From positions 256,001 to 320,000 of the forward strand of contig CBDBGZ010000009.1 in assembly GCA_965205425.1 (NCBI GenBank): DNA of 64,000 nucleotides, given 5' to 3'. The notes beneath the pieces were generated by a model that did no database searches, was not told where the DNA came from, and was given only the letters and a program-made list of their open reading frames with translations. The DNA is from Nitrosopumilus sp. GTDB lineage: Archaea > Thermoproteota > Nitrososphaeria > Nitrososphaerales > Nitrosopumilaceae. Made by a program: the position numbers and the translations under genes. Below, in pieces: positions 30,768-40,875 of this stretch. Every line of letters begins with the position of its first letter. The stretch's first letter is position 1.

Positions 30768-32100
30768 CTTTTTCTTCTAAAGCCGGAATTATTTTGTCAC
30801 CTGCTTTCATTAAAAATGGAGAAAGAAATGCAGTGATTATAGAGATAATACCAACTAATGGGAATAAGAAAGCACTAACTGCACCAATATCTACACCAAC
30901 CTTGATAATGACAATAGAGAATTCTCCTCTTGGAGCACCCAGGGTAAATGCAGAACGAAGTGCCTTTCCACGTCTTTGTCTGAAAATTATATTGCCAAGC
31001 ATGTTTCCTCCAAATTTCATTCCAGTGGCAACTGCAATCAATGCGATAGCTAGAAAAATATAATTTTCAAGTTGGGAAACATCCATCAAAGCACCAACTG
31101 AGATAAAGAATATCGCCACAAACATATCCTTGATAGGACTAGCAAGTAATTTTGCAACTTCGGCAGATTTAGATTCAGCAACTAAAACTCCAGCTAAAAA
31201 GGCTCCAATTGCGACTGACAATCCAACAATATTTGCAAATAACGCATATCCAAAGCAAACACCCAATACACTAAGAAGTAAAATTTCACGATGTTCTGCT
31301 GCTGCAACTCTATCAATTAGTGGAGGAATTACACGAGTTCCTACAGTAAACGTACCAACAATTAGGCCAGTAGCAACCAATACAACTACAATAATAGATT
31401 CAATGGATACAGTACCAACCAGTGCAACAGATTGTAATGTAGAAATTAGAATAACTGCAATGACGTCCTCTACAATCAAAATACCAAGAACTAGAATCGA
31501 TGATTCTTTTTTGATCTTGCCCATCTCTTCTAAGAGTTTGACAATGATTGCAGTACTGGATATAGACAATGCTGCTGAAATAAACAACGCATCCATGAAT
31601 TCTAATCCAAGTGCACTTGCAGTGTAGAATAAAACACCTAGAGTTGAAAATAATCCTATAGTTCCAACTCCCACAGCTACACGGCCAATACTTTTGATTT
31701 TGGCATATGGAAATTCTATACCAATGACAAAAAGAAGTAAAATGACACCAATTTCTGCAAAAAGATTCAAAGCAGAAACATCAGATAAAATCCCAACACC
31801 ACCTATAGCGTCAATAGGGGGACCACCTTCAGGTAAGACCCAAGTCCAAATATCAGAAAAAGGCCCAATCAACATCCCTGCAAAAAGATAACCAATGATC
31901 AAAGGTTGTTTAATTTTAAAAAACGCTAAAGTAACAACTGCACCAATTATCATAATAAATGCTAAATCAGTAACAAAAGTTGTGTGAGGTAATTCAGGAG
32001 TAATCTGTTCAATTAAGCTAGTTACAGTATTGTTAAGAGAATTTTGAATTCCACTAGAATCTAGTTGAAGTGGAACGTTTTGCATGTTATCAGTTAACAA
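30760..32100 (-). CDS. CPA2 (Kef-like) cation:proton antiporter
   Basis: AEIGVILLLFVIGIE, SISSTAI, GILIVED, IGAFLAG and PRGEFS motifs. Confidence 0.93.
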   Translation of the reverse strand: MLTDNMQNVPLQLDSSGIQNSLNNTVTSLIEQITPELPHTTFVTDLAFIMIIGAVVTLAFFKIKQPLIIGYLFAGMLIGPFSDIWTWVLPEGGPPIDAIGGVGILSDVSALNLFAEIGVILLLFVIGIEFPYAKIKSIGRVAVGVGTIGLFSTLGVLFYTASALGLEFMDALFISAALSISSTAIIVKLLEEMGKIKKESSILVLGILIVEDVIAVILISTLQSVALVGTVSIESIIVVVLVATGLIVGTFTVGTRVIPPLIDRVAAAEHREILLLSVLGVCFGYALFANIVGLSVAIGAFLAGVLVAESKSAEVAKLLASPIKDMFVAIFFISVGALMDVSQLENYIFLAIALIAVATGMKFGGNMLGNIIFRQRRGKALRSAFTLGAPRGEFSIVIIKVGVDIGAVSAFLFPLVGIISIITAFLSPFLMKAGDKIIPALEEKDV

Positions 32101-32205
32101 ATTTGTTTAAAAATGATTACGAATTGGAAATTTGGAAATATTTTTGATAGGCTCAATTACTTTCAAAATCTTTAACCTCTTTATGCCCAAACATCATAAT
32201 CGATG

Positions 32206-32269
32206 TGCAGAGTGATGATTAGGTCATCTGAATTGTATGAAGAAATATGACCTGGGGTATCTGACTGCA
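32206..32269 (+). ncRNA. Box C/D guide sRNA
   Basis: Terminal stem TGCAG/CTGCA; C box GTGATGA 32212-18; D' CTGA 32228-31; C' ATGAAGA 32237-43; D CTGA 32261-64. Confidence 0.78.
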
Positions 32270-32301
32270 TAATTGGTTATTTACTAATCACCTTGCTATT
32301 A

Positions 32302-32326
32302 ATAGTACGGTACCATACCGTACTAT
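32302..32326. promoter_or_regulatory. Perfect 11-bp inverted repeat abutting an ATG
   Basis: ATAGTACGGTA-CCA-TACCGTACTAT. Confidence 0.6.
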
Positions 32327-32434
32327 ATGATTCAATGTGAATACTGTCCACAAGGGTTTATTGAAACAGCAAATGGGTTGGCTGAAAAGACATTTCATGA
32401 ATTACTTCATGAACCAGAAGTTGTAAACAAGTAA
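32327..32434 (+). CDS. 35-aa C2H2-type zinc-finger microprotein
   Basis: MIQCEYCPQGFIETANGLAEKTFHELLHEPEVVNK (CxxC..F...HxxxH), followed by a T-rich tract. Confidence 0.7.
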   Translation: MIQCEYCPQGFIETANGLAEKTFHELLHEPEVVNK

Positions 32435-32495
32435 CTCTTTACATTTTTTATTTTACACCTAACTTTTTTATCTTTAAATTTTTAATTGAATTTAC

Positions 32496-34013
32496 ATGGC
32501 TACTAAGACGGCAAAAAAGAAAACAACAGTCAAAGTAAAAAAAGTTACAAAAAAAGAGCCTGCTCCATCAGTATTGTTAAAAAAAGTTGCATCAGTTTCA
32601 GACTCTAACAAAGCATTACAAAAAGAGATCAAAGTAATGTCAAAAATCTTTGGTGAAAATCAAAAAGTTCTAGTTTCCATGAAAGGTATGATTGACACAT
32701 TATCTTCAACATTAGAATATATTCAAAAACAATCAAAGCAAATCAACATTATAGAAGATGACACTCAAAAATTATACGCAGGGTTAAGCCAAGTAAGAAC
32801 ACAATCAAATCTAGTTACTAAAATTAATGATCAAACATCAAAATTAGAAAAAGAAATTAGTAGAATTTCTGAATTACAAAAAGCATCAAAATCTCAAGAA
32901 TTATCTAAACAAGTAGAAGATAGTATGAATTCAATTCAAAACAATTCTCAGATGATCATCAAAATTGCACAAAGAATTGATGAAGTAAGAGATGATTTAA
33001 GAAAAGTTTCAGGAAAAACAGATTCATTCTTAGAAATTGGTTCAGAGATGGATAATCTAAAAAGTACAATAGATGAAATTTCAGGAAAAACTTCAAAATT
33101 AGACACAGGTTCTCAAATAATTGAAAGTCTTAAACAAGAATTTGGAAGAATTACTGAAGGGGTATCATCTACATCAAACCTCAATGCAGAATTAGATGCA
33201 ATTAAAATTACAATTGACGCCATATCATCAAAAGCATCAAAAATTGATTCATTAGGAGGGGTAATTGACGGTCTTAAACAGCAATTTGAAACCATAGCAT
33301 CTAAAGCAGGTTCAGTAGATAATTTGAGCCTAGAATCTATCAAAGATTTAGGAGGGAAAATTGACAAGATTGAAACTGAAATTGGTTCCCTTGCTCAGAG
33401 AGCAGACTCAACAGCATTTGTTGGAGAAGGGCTAAAATCAGTCCAAGAAGAATTTTCAAATTTCAAACAGAATGTCTTTGATAAAACTAACAGTATTGAA
33501 CAGAAAATATCCTCAGTTTCAGATACTCTGCAAAGACAAGATGAATCTACAATTGAATTCCATAAAAAATCTGAAAAATTATTTGAAGAGTTACAATCAG
33601 TCAAAAATGTTACAAACAAAGCATCTAGTGATTCATCTAAAGAAATGATGGCATTACTAAAACTATCAGAGTATCAATCAAATATCAGAATGAATGCAGA
33701 ATCAAAATACGGAGTCTCTAAAGATATTGAAAAAATGGCATCCCAAACTGCAGATATAGTAAATCTGTTTGATAGAATTTCTATTGAGTCAGGAGAGAAA
33801 ATTCCATTGCCTCATGAAGTAAGACAATGGGCGGTAAGTAAAATATTAGATTGCGCAGATAAATGGGAAATTAGATTTAGTGATGTATATTCAATTTTGA
33901 CTAATGTAATAGGTAGAGATATGCTAAAAGAAGCAATTAGAATTCAACAGGTTAGAGACATTTACGGAATTAGAGCAGTAGATGAAATTAGAAAAGATCT
34001 AAATATTTCTTAA
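32496..34013 (+). CDS. Long coiled-coil protein
   Basis: Heptad repeats, Lys-rich N-terminus and a globular C-terminus. Confidence 0.8.
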   Translation: MATKTAKKKTTVKVKKVTKKEPAPSVLLKKVASVSDSNKALQKEIKVMSKIFGENQKVLVSMKGMIDTLSSTLEYIQKQSKQINIIEDDTQKLYAGLSQVRTQSNLVTKINDQTSKLEKEISRISELQKASKSQELSKQVEDSMNSIQNNSQMIIKIAQRIDEVRDDLRKVSGKTDSFLEIGSEMDNLKSTIDEISGKTSKLDTGSQIIESLKQEFGRITEGVSSTSNLNAELDAIKITIDAISSKASKIDSLGGVIDGLKQQFETIASKAGSVDNLSLESIKDLGGKIDKIETEIGSLAQRADSTAFVGEGLKSVQEEFSNFKQNVFDKTNSIEQKISSVSDTLQRQDESTIEFHKKSEKLFEELQSVKNVTNKASSDSSKEMMALLKLSEYQSNIRMNAESKYGVSKDIEKMASQTADIVNLFDRISIESGEKIPLPHEVRQWAVSKILDCADKWEIRFSDVYSILTNVIGRDMLKEAIRIQQVRDIYGIRAVDEIRKDLNIS

Positions 34014-36074
34014 TTATTCTTCATCGGTTTTATTGAGTTGTTCTTTCTTTCTTTTTAATGCAGCAAAGATTCCAATAATTGCGGCAATCCAAATTGCACT
34101 TAACATCATATTTGCAGGACTAACATACATGAATGGAGTTGCATCCATAATGTTAATTCTTAATTTTAATGATCTATCGTTAATATCTTCCATTCCAGTT
34201 GAATAAGCAGCATTATCTTTTGAGAGAGAAGACATTTCATCAAGATCTAAAAGCATTGTTGCTATATTATTTTGAATTCTAATAAAGTTAGTAGATTCTG
34301 TTCCAAATATCCAAACAGGATTTTTTGAGATTATTTTACCTTCAGAATCCAATGTTTCAGGCAGATTTGCCATTACAACATCCAAATCCTGCTGTATTGC
34401 CACTAAATGATTACGAATGGTTTCAGGATCTGATGAAGATACAACTCCATCAAGATTTCCTCGGATTTTATCAAGTGGATAAATATCAGAATTATAACCA
34501 GAAAATGCCATATATCCTCCAAAAATAATAATTGCTAGTATTCCAATCATGGAAAGTTTGTAAACAGTATTTGCCATCTTTTCTTTCTTAGTTTTTGGTC
34601 GATTATCACTTGATTTATTTCTTTTAAATCGGGTATGAGCCAAACTCAGGTACGCAATGAAAAAAAAGCCAATGGTTTGAAGGGTGATGATTGGTACAAA
34701 TACAGGATTATTTGAAAAAATTGCAATAAAAATTCCCATAATTCCATAAACTCCAAAAAATATTTCTAGCAGAGTTGTTTGTGTAAATGGTAAATTATAC
34801 GCCTTGTCTTTCCAATCATCTTTTTTTGTGACAATTCCATATTTGGGAGTTCTGTGAAATTCATTTTTCTTACCAAGTATTGCATCAAATACTGCTACGG
34901 TATTATTAACAGACATACCAGCATTATAGATGAGTAATGCCGGAAGTAATTTGGCTTTAGATTTCCATGACTTGTTATACATTCCCTGAATCACTAAAAC
35001 ATATGCACCAGGTCCCATTGCAAGATATGTTGCAATTGTCAATGCAGGTAGGACACTTACAACATAAAGATTGATTTGTGCAGCTAGCAATACAGGTAAT
35101 GACAAAAATTGTATTAGCACTAGAGGATAAACAATATGACGAGTAAGCTGAATGAATGCCTGGATTTTAGCTTCAATAGCAACATGACGTTTTAGAGCAA
35201 CATCAGAAAGTAATTTTATTGCACATTGTATTGATCCTTTTGCCCAACGGAATTGTTGTCGTTTAGCACCATTCATTTGAGCGGGTAATTCAGCATCAAC
35301 TACAATATCAGGCAAAAACAAACATTTCCAACCTTTCATTTGTGCTCTATAACTTAGATCAAGATCTTCTACGAGTGTAGCAGTATGCCAACCTCCAGCA
35401 TCTTCAATGCAGTCACGTCTCCAAATACCTGCAGTTCCGTTAAAATTCATGAAAAGGTGAGAATTACTTTTAGCTTTCTGCTCCACAAGGAAATGAAAAT
35501 CAATGCTGAGTGCTTGTACTTGAGTAATTGTAGAATAATTTTCATTGACATGCCCCCATCTGCATTGAACTAAACCAATGCTTGATTTTGCAAAATGAGG
35601 TATTGCTCGTTTAAGAAACCAAGTAGGGGGAATAAAATCAGCATCAAATATTGCAACAAGTTCTGTATCAGTTGTTTTCATTGCATGTTTTAAGGCACCT
35701 GCTTTGTACCCTTTTCTTGTTCCACGTCTCACATGTTCAATTTGATATCCTTCTTTTTTGTAATCAGCAACGACACCACTAAGTAATTCAACAGTGTCAT
35801 CATCTGAATCATCACATACCATTATTTTCATTTTATCTTTTGGATAATCCATGTGACAAACCGCATCAACAAGTCGTTGTGCCACATACTTTTCATTGTA
35901 AATTGGCAATTGTATAGTAACAGTTGGAGTCCCCCAATCAATTGTAGGATGGGATTCTTTTCTTGTTCTTGAAAGAAATGCAAGATAGTAGAAATTTACA
36001 GTATATGCTGTAATGATAATTGCTGATAAAATAAACAAATCAAATACAAACGAAGTAAAAGGATTAACTGCCAT
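34014..36074 (-). CDS. GT2 cellulose-synthase-like glycosyltransferase
   Basis: DDSDD, KAGAL, FDADF, VED and QQFRW (QxxRW) motifs. Confidence 0.93.
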   Translation of the reverse strand: MAVNPFTSFVFDLFILSAIIITAYTVNFYYLAFLSRTRKESHPTIDWGTPTVTIQLPIYNEKYVAQRLVDAVCHMDYPKDKMKIMVCDDSDDDTVELLSGVVADYKKEGYQIEHVRRGTRKGYKAGALKHAMKTTDTELVAIFDADFIPPTWFLKRAIPHFAKSSIGLVQCRWGHVNENYSTITQVQALSIDFHFLVEQKAKSNSHLFMNFNGTAGIWRRDCIEDAGGWHTATLVEDLDLSYRAQMKGWKCLFLPDIVVDAELPAQMNGAKRQQFRWAKGSIQCAIKLLSDVALKRHVAIEAKIQAFIQLTRHIVYPLVLIQFLSLPVLLAAQINLYVVSVLPALTIATYLAMGPGAYVLVIQGMYNKSWKSKAKLLPALLIYNAGMSVNNTVAVFDAILGKKNEFHRTPKYGIVTKKDDWKDKAYNLPFTQTTLLEIFFGVYGIMGIFIAIFSNNPVFVPIITLQTIGFFFIAYLSLAHTRFKRNKSSDNRPKTKKEKMANTVYKLSMIGILAIIIFGGYMAFSGYNSDIYPLDKIRGNLDGVVSSSDPETIRNHLVAIQQDLDVVMANLPETLDSEGKIISKNPVWIFGTESTNFIRIQNNIATMLLDLDEMSSLSKDNAAYSTGMEDINDRSLKLRINIMDATPFMYVSPANMMLSAIWIAAIIGIFAALKRKKEQLNKTDEE

Positions 36075-36127
36075 ATCCCTAATTTCACAGAATTACTAAT
36101 CGCTATTTATAGTTGCAAAAATTGCAA

Positions 36128-37075
36128 CTATTTTTGCTCATAAATTTTGATTGCTTGTGGCGGACATACACCCTCACATGCAAGACAGAAAATACAATCT
36201 GGCTCTTTAGACATTAATGGTTTCTTTTCAGATGCAGGATTTCCTGGAGAATCAAACCATTCGTATACACCTACAGGACATGCTTCAAGACATCCACCAT
36301 CTGCAATACAAATATCATAATCTACTGAAACAAACTCTCCCCATACACCCATGATACCATTACTAGTTCCTCGTCTACCCCAAGTTTTGATGGTATGTTC
36401 AGGAGCATCATATGATGCAGATGATTTCATTTTTGATTTATAGTCAACATCAATTGGTCCAGGTTTTGCTCCGTCTGGAATTTCAATTGCACTCTCATCT
36501 TCTTCTTCATCATCATCTTTAGCTTCAATTGGTTTTGGTTTTGCACCAAGAACAATTTTTGCAAGAGGAGTTAATTCTTCTAATTTTTGAATTGCTGCAA
36601 CTTCAGAGATTTTTTCAGTTTTAGCAAAGTGTGAAATCATCTTGTCAGCCAAAATGGTATTTCGTAAAATAGTATCAATGACCATTTTTGCAAAATGATC
36701 TGCTTTCTTTCTATAATCTTTGACCCAATTTGGATCACCGAATTTTTCAATTGGAAAAATTTGATAAATAATATCTACAACTTCGCCAGTTACAATTTCT
36801 ACTGTAACTGATAAGTCAACTTCTTCGTATCCTTTTGCATCAGGATCATCCATGTTTTGTTCTTTCCATCTGTATGTTGCAAAAATTCTATCTGCATACA
36901 TGTCCATTTCAAATGCTTTTTTGAGACCATCGTGAACGGATTTTAGCTCTACAATTTCTTCAAGTTTAATTGGTAATCTGAATAGTCCAAGTTTGAATCC
37001 ATGTAAAGGATACACACCTCGTTTTGCAGTTGGTGCTTCCATTGACCAAACTCGATCTTTTAGAAGTAAGGACAT
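36128..37075 (-). CDS. Protein with C-terminal 4Fe-4S dicluster ferredoxin domain
   Basis: CIADGGCLEACP and CIFCLACEGVCP. Confidence 0.9.
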   Translation of the reverse strand: MSLLLKDRVWSMEAPTAKRGVYPLHGFKLGLFRLPIKLEEIVELKSVHDGLKKAFEMDMYADRIFATYRWKEQNMDDPDAKGYEEVDLSVTVEIVTGEVVDIIYQIFPIEKFGDPNWVKDYRKKADHFAKMVIDTILRNTILADKMISHFAKTEKISEVAAIQKLEELTPLAKIVLGAKPKPIEAKDDDEEEDESAIEIPDGAKPGPIDVDYKSKMKSSASYDAPEHTIKTWGRRGTSNGIMGVWGEFVSVDYDICIADGGCLEACPVGVYEWFDSPGNPASEKKPLMSKEPDCIFCLACEGVCPPQAIKIYEQK

Positions 37076-37111
37076 CTAATTTTTATGATTTTTTTTTAGA
37101 TAAAAAGGTTA

Positions 37112-37423
37112 TCAGTCGGTATCATCAGGACATGTTAATTCTCTAAGTTCTGTGTATTTTTTTTCCATTGCATCTGCGTGAATTTCCACTTGAGAGAGAT
37201 CATAGAAATCCTTTGAGAAATACCATCGGATTGGAACCCAATGTCCAATTCCATCCATATCATGGATCATGCCTTTATCGGCTTTAACATTGATTTTTTC
37301 ATCAATAGATGTTTCTTTAATTTCAAGACCTCGTTTAGTTTTATCTTCCATTATAATGTCAGATTCTCCATCTTTGATAAAATAGAAAGAACCTTTCTTT
37401 AGAACAGGAAGGTCTAAAAGCAA
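37112..37423 (-). CDS. Conserved hypothetical protein
   Basis: In operon between the rhodanese and the ferredoxin-domain protein. Confidence 0.75.
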   Translation of the reverse strand: MLLDLPVLKKGSFYFIKDGESDIIMEDKTKRGLEIKETSIDEKINVKADKGMIHDMDGIGHWVPIRWYFSKDFYDLSQVEIHADAMEKKYTELRELTCPDDTD

Positions 37424-37424
37424 T

Positions 37425-38270
37425 TTATTTTTCCACAGGATTTCCGATCATGTTTCCCCATTCAGTCCATGAACCATCATAGTTTCGGACCTTTGGATAT
37501 CCAAGTAGATATTTCAAAACAAACCAACTGTGTGAAGAACGTTCTCCAATTCTACAATAACAAATTACATCTTTGTCTGGAGTGACACCATTTGGTTCAT
37601 AGTTTTGTCTTAATTCCTCAACTGCTTTGAACGTACCATCAGCATCATTTACTGCAGTTGCCCATGGAATGTTATTTGCATCTGGAATGTGACCTCCTCT
37701 TTGTGCATGTTCCATCGGATATTCAGGAGGTGCAGTGATTTGACCAGTAAATTCTGCAGGAGATCTTACATCAACCATTACTGTATCTTCTTTTCCTAAT
37801 GCTCGGCTAACATCAAATAGATATGCACGTAAACCCTCATCTGGAGGTTGTGCAACATAATTTGTTTGTGCTAGTTGAGGTTCATCAGTTGTGTAATCTT
37901 TACTTTCTAATTCCCATTTTTTTCTTCCACCATTCATTATCTTTAGATTTTCATGACCGTAAATTTTGAAAACCCAGAAAACAAAAGCTGCAAACCAATT
38001 GTTAAAGTCACCATAAAGAATTACTTCAGTATCTGCAGTAATTCCATTTTTTGCCATTAATGCTTCAAATTCTTTTTTGCTAATGATATCTCTTGTAACA
38101 GGATCATTAATGTCTCGTTTCCACCAGATTAAACTAGCACCATTAATGTGACCTTTTTGATATCCATTTACAGGATCATAATCAACTTCAACTAATTTTC
38201 TATTTTCATTAGGAGGATTTTGTGATACCCATTCGGTATCTACTAAAACTTCAGGATGTGCGTAACTCAT
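37425..38270 (-). CDS. Thiosulfate sulfurtransferase (rhodanese)
   Basis: GHIPDA, YCRIGERS and YDGSWTEW motifs. Confidence 0.95.
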   Translation of the reverse strand: MSYAHPEVLVDTEWVSQNPPNENRKLVEVDYDPVNGYQKGHINGASLIWWKRDINDPVTRDIISKKEFEALMAKNGITADTEVILYGDFNNWFAAFVFWVFKIYGHENLKIMNGGRKKWELESKDYTTDEPQLAQTNYVAQPPDEGLRAYLFDVSRALGKEDTVMVDVRSPAEFTGQITAPPEYPMEHAQRGGHIPDANNIPWATAVNDADGTFKAVEELRQNYEPNGVTPDKDVICYCRIGERSSHSWFVLKYLLGYPKVRNYDGSWTEWGNMIGNPVEK

Positions 38271-38409
38271 ATTTTTTACGGATTTGTTTTCATACTTATT
38301 TGTTTTTCCAATAAAGGTTCTGTTAAGTAATCAAGACCTCAACTATGGATCTTCTTCGTGTTAAGTGTCGAGACCTGAGGCTAAATTATAATTACCTGAA
38401 TGATGTAAT

Positions 38410-38646
38410 TTGAGTATGGAAAGATTTGAACAATGTAAATTTGCAGTATATTTTGACGTTCCAAATCCTCATGTGATCATACACAAAATTGGCAAACATA
38501 AGTTGGAAATTCATGGAGGTGATCATATTGTAGAAGTTGTTAGTGGTTGGGGTTATTTTGTAGAAGAACATGAAGCCAAATCTTTTGCAGAAGGAATCAG
38601 CAAAACAAGAAAAATATCCTTATCTCATTGTAAAAAATGCTATTAA
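38410..38646 (+). CDS. Small hypothetical cargo protein
   Basis: 78-aa ORF convergent with the transposase; His-rich with a C-terminal CxxC. Confidence 0.6.
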   Translation: MSMERFEQCKFAVYFDVPNPHVIIHKIGKHKLEIHGGDHIVEVVSGWGYFVEEHEAKSFAEGISKTRKISLSHCKKCY

Positions 38647-38649
38647 ATT

Positions 38650-39756
38650 CTAAATTTTACTGGCATTTTGAATCAATGTAATCCATTTGTTATTTCCAGT
38701 TACTTTAATTCCCACCCTATCTGCGGGTGTATCCCCGTCTAAACTCATGTGTTCTCTAATGTAGTTATGGTAGAGTTGAATGCCTGTAATGGCTGATGAA
38801 TCATCTTTTTTCAATCCTCTAAATGTTTTCTCTCTATCTCTAAATTCTCCATTTAATCTTTCTTGAATATTGTTGTTGGCTACTTGGTTTCTAATATGAA
38901 TTTCCTTGATGTGTTTTGCTCTCGGATTCTTTAGTGTCCAAAATTCCTTCTTGAAAGCATCATTATAAGCTGGTAATCCGTCAGTGACAAATGTTTTAGG
39001 TATCTTTCCAGTTTTTTCTTTTCCCATCTTTAACAAGGTTCTCGCATCATGCTTGAATTTACTATTTGCCACTTCTTGAGCAATCCAAAATCTAGTGTCA
39101 TTGTCCATCATTGCAAAGAGATACTTTCTATCACCATTGATTTTTAGCCATACTTCATCTGCATGCCATTTATCGCCTACTTTTGGTGTGATGGTTTGTA
39201 GATAACTATCCATAAGTTTGATGTATTTGTTAACCCATTCATAGATAGCAACGTGTGAGAAATTAATTCCTTGTAGTTTGATAAATTTCTGAACGCCACG
39301 TAAAGATTCACCTGTAAAGTACAACTGCATTGCACTTGTGATAATCTGAGGGGTGGCATGCATTCCTTCAAACCCTAGATTGATTGAGAATTTTCTATCA
39401 CAATCCTTGCACAAATAAATCTGAATTTCCTGATTCTTGTTTTTACGTAATCCTTTCTTGATGATTTTTTGGGATTCACAGTATTTGCAACAATTACTTT
39501 CTACGGGATTTAGTGTAACGTGATTTTTAACTTCCTTTCTAATGGATAATGAGATTTCAACGCTGTGAATATGTTTACAGCAGGTTTTTCTAAAGTTATG
39601 ATCCTCGCATGAACAAGACCAGCCAAATTCAGTAGAGATAATGTCATGTTGTATCTTTCTTGATTGAGAATTAACCTTGTAATGATTTTCATCAACTCTT
39701 GTAATTTGATCTTGTTTCTTGGCTATTTCTTTACCTTTAATTTCCCTCACATTCAT
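38650..39756 (-). CDS. IS6-family DDE transposase with SWIM and zinc-ribbon domains
   Basis: CSCED..CKH (SWIM), CKYC..CKDC, WHADE, VTDG..Y and NN.QER motifs. Confidence 0.92.
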   Translation of the reverse strand: MNVREIKGKEIAKKQDQITRVDENHYKVNSQSRKIQHDIISTEFGWSCSCEDHNFRKTCCKHIHSVEISLSIRKEVKNHVTLNPVESNCCKYCESQKIIKKGLRKNKNQEIQIYLCKDCDRKFSINLGFEGMHATPQIITSAMQLYFTGESLRGVQKFIKLQGINFSHVAIYEWVNKYIKLMDSYLQTITPKVGDKWHADEVWLKINGDRKYLFAMMDNDTRFWIAQEVANSKFKHDARTLLKMGKEKTGKIPKTFVTDGLPAYNDAFKKEFWTLKNPRAKHIKEIHIRNQVANNNIQERLNGEFRDREKTFRGLKKDDSSAITGIQLYHNYIREHMSLDGDTPADRVGIKVTGNNKWITLIQNASKI

Positions 39757-39764
39757 GTAATTAT

Positions 39765-39782
39765 AATAACAGTACTGTTATT
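39765..39782. promoter_or_regulatory. 18-bp palindromic operator candidate in the divergent promoter
   Basis: AATAACAGTACTGTTATT; a second IR TCTGTT-TTT-AACAGA lies at 39801-39815. Confidence 0.6.
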
Positions 39783-39848
39783 TATGCCTGTTGTTAACCG
39801 TCTGTTTTTAACAGATCGGTTTAAATACAATTAAAATTTTACAACATC

Positions 39849-40043
39849 ATGACAAGATGGGCAAGAGATGCAAAAGAATTCGATGTAAGTTTAACAAAAA
39901 GTAAGAACAAAGGAACAACAGAAAGTGTGATTTGTAGAGTTCCAGTTCCTATTTTTGAAAAGTTAGGAAAACCAAAACGATTAAATTTTAAAATTCAGGG
40001 TAAAAAAATAATTGTTGAAGGATTAAACAAGAATGGAAAATAG
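39849..40043 (+). CDS. AbrB/SpoVT-like small DNA-binding protein
   Basis: S..CRVPVPIFEKLG.P..L.F.I.GKKIIV swapped-hairpin pattern. Confidence 0.7.
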   Translation: MTRWARDAKEFDVSLTKSKNKGTTESVICRVPVPIFEKLGKPKRLNFKIQGKKIIVEGLNKNGK

Positions 40044-40875
40044 TCAAACTGTTCAACATGATGCAGTTATTGTAGAAGGCAGTGATTTTGAACGACTAAA
40101 AAATAACGTAGATCATTTGATACATTTGGGTGATTGTATTAATGTTTTAGATAAGATCGATGACAAATCATGTCGTTTGATTTTTGCAGATCCGCCATAT
40201 AACATGGGAAAGAATTTTGGAAATAATAATGACAAATGGGAATCGGGAGCAGATTATGCGGATTGGTGTGTAAAATGGATTAAAAAATGCATTGACAAGC
40301 TAACTGATGATGGCTCAATAATGATTATGGGGCATCCGAGATATGCATCATATCTAATACCTTATCTTGATAAAAAACTCCATTATGTTAATCAAATTAT
40401 TTATTATTACACTGACGGGATGCCCGAAAAAAAGAATTTTGAGAAAAGATATGAGGTGATAATGTATTATCGTAAAGATAAAAACAATTTTGTATTCAAT
40501 GTAGATGATGTCAGAGTTCCATTAAAAAGATATGATAAAACAAGTAATCCTAACGGAAAGAATCCAAATGACGTATGGCAAATTCATCGTGTAAGATGGA
40601 ATTCAAAAGAAAGAGTAAACACAAATGATGGAAAAATAGCTCATTTGGCACAAAAGCCAATTCGGCTACTAAGAAGAATCATACTTGCAACTACAAACAA
40701 AGAGGATTTAATTTTAGACCCCTTTTTAGGAACAGGAACAACCATGACTGCATCAAAAGAACTTTCACGAAAATCAATAGGAATTGAGATAAATCCAGAA
40801 TATGCCAATATTGCATTAAACAGATTGCAACATACAAAGAAGAAAACAGAAGGAGTTCCTTATGAAGAAAGATAG
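40033..40875 (+). CDS. DNA amino-methyltransferase, beta class (probably m6A)
   Basis: DPPY precedes LDPFLGTGTT; H..QKP motif. Confidence 0.93.
   Translation: MENSQTVQHDAVIVEGSDFERLKNNVDHLIHLGDCINVLDKIDDKSCRLIFADPPYNMGKNFGNNNDKWESGADYADWCVKWIKKCIDKLTDDGSIMIMGHPRYASYLIPYLDKKLHYVNQIIYYYTDGMPEKKNFEKRYEVIMYYRKDKNNFVFNVDDVRVPLKRYDKTSNPNGKNPNDVWQIHRVRWNSKERVNTNDGKIAHLAQKPIRLLRRIILATTNKEDLILDPFLGTGTTMTASKELSRKSIGIEINPEYANIALNRLQHTKKKTEGVPYEER

Noticed and set aside
32496..34013. Methyl-accepting chemotaxis or SMC protein
   Set aside because: Only generic coiled coil; no MCP signalling hairpin or Walker motifs.
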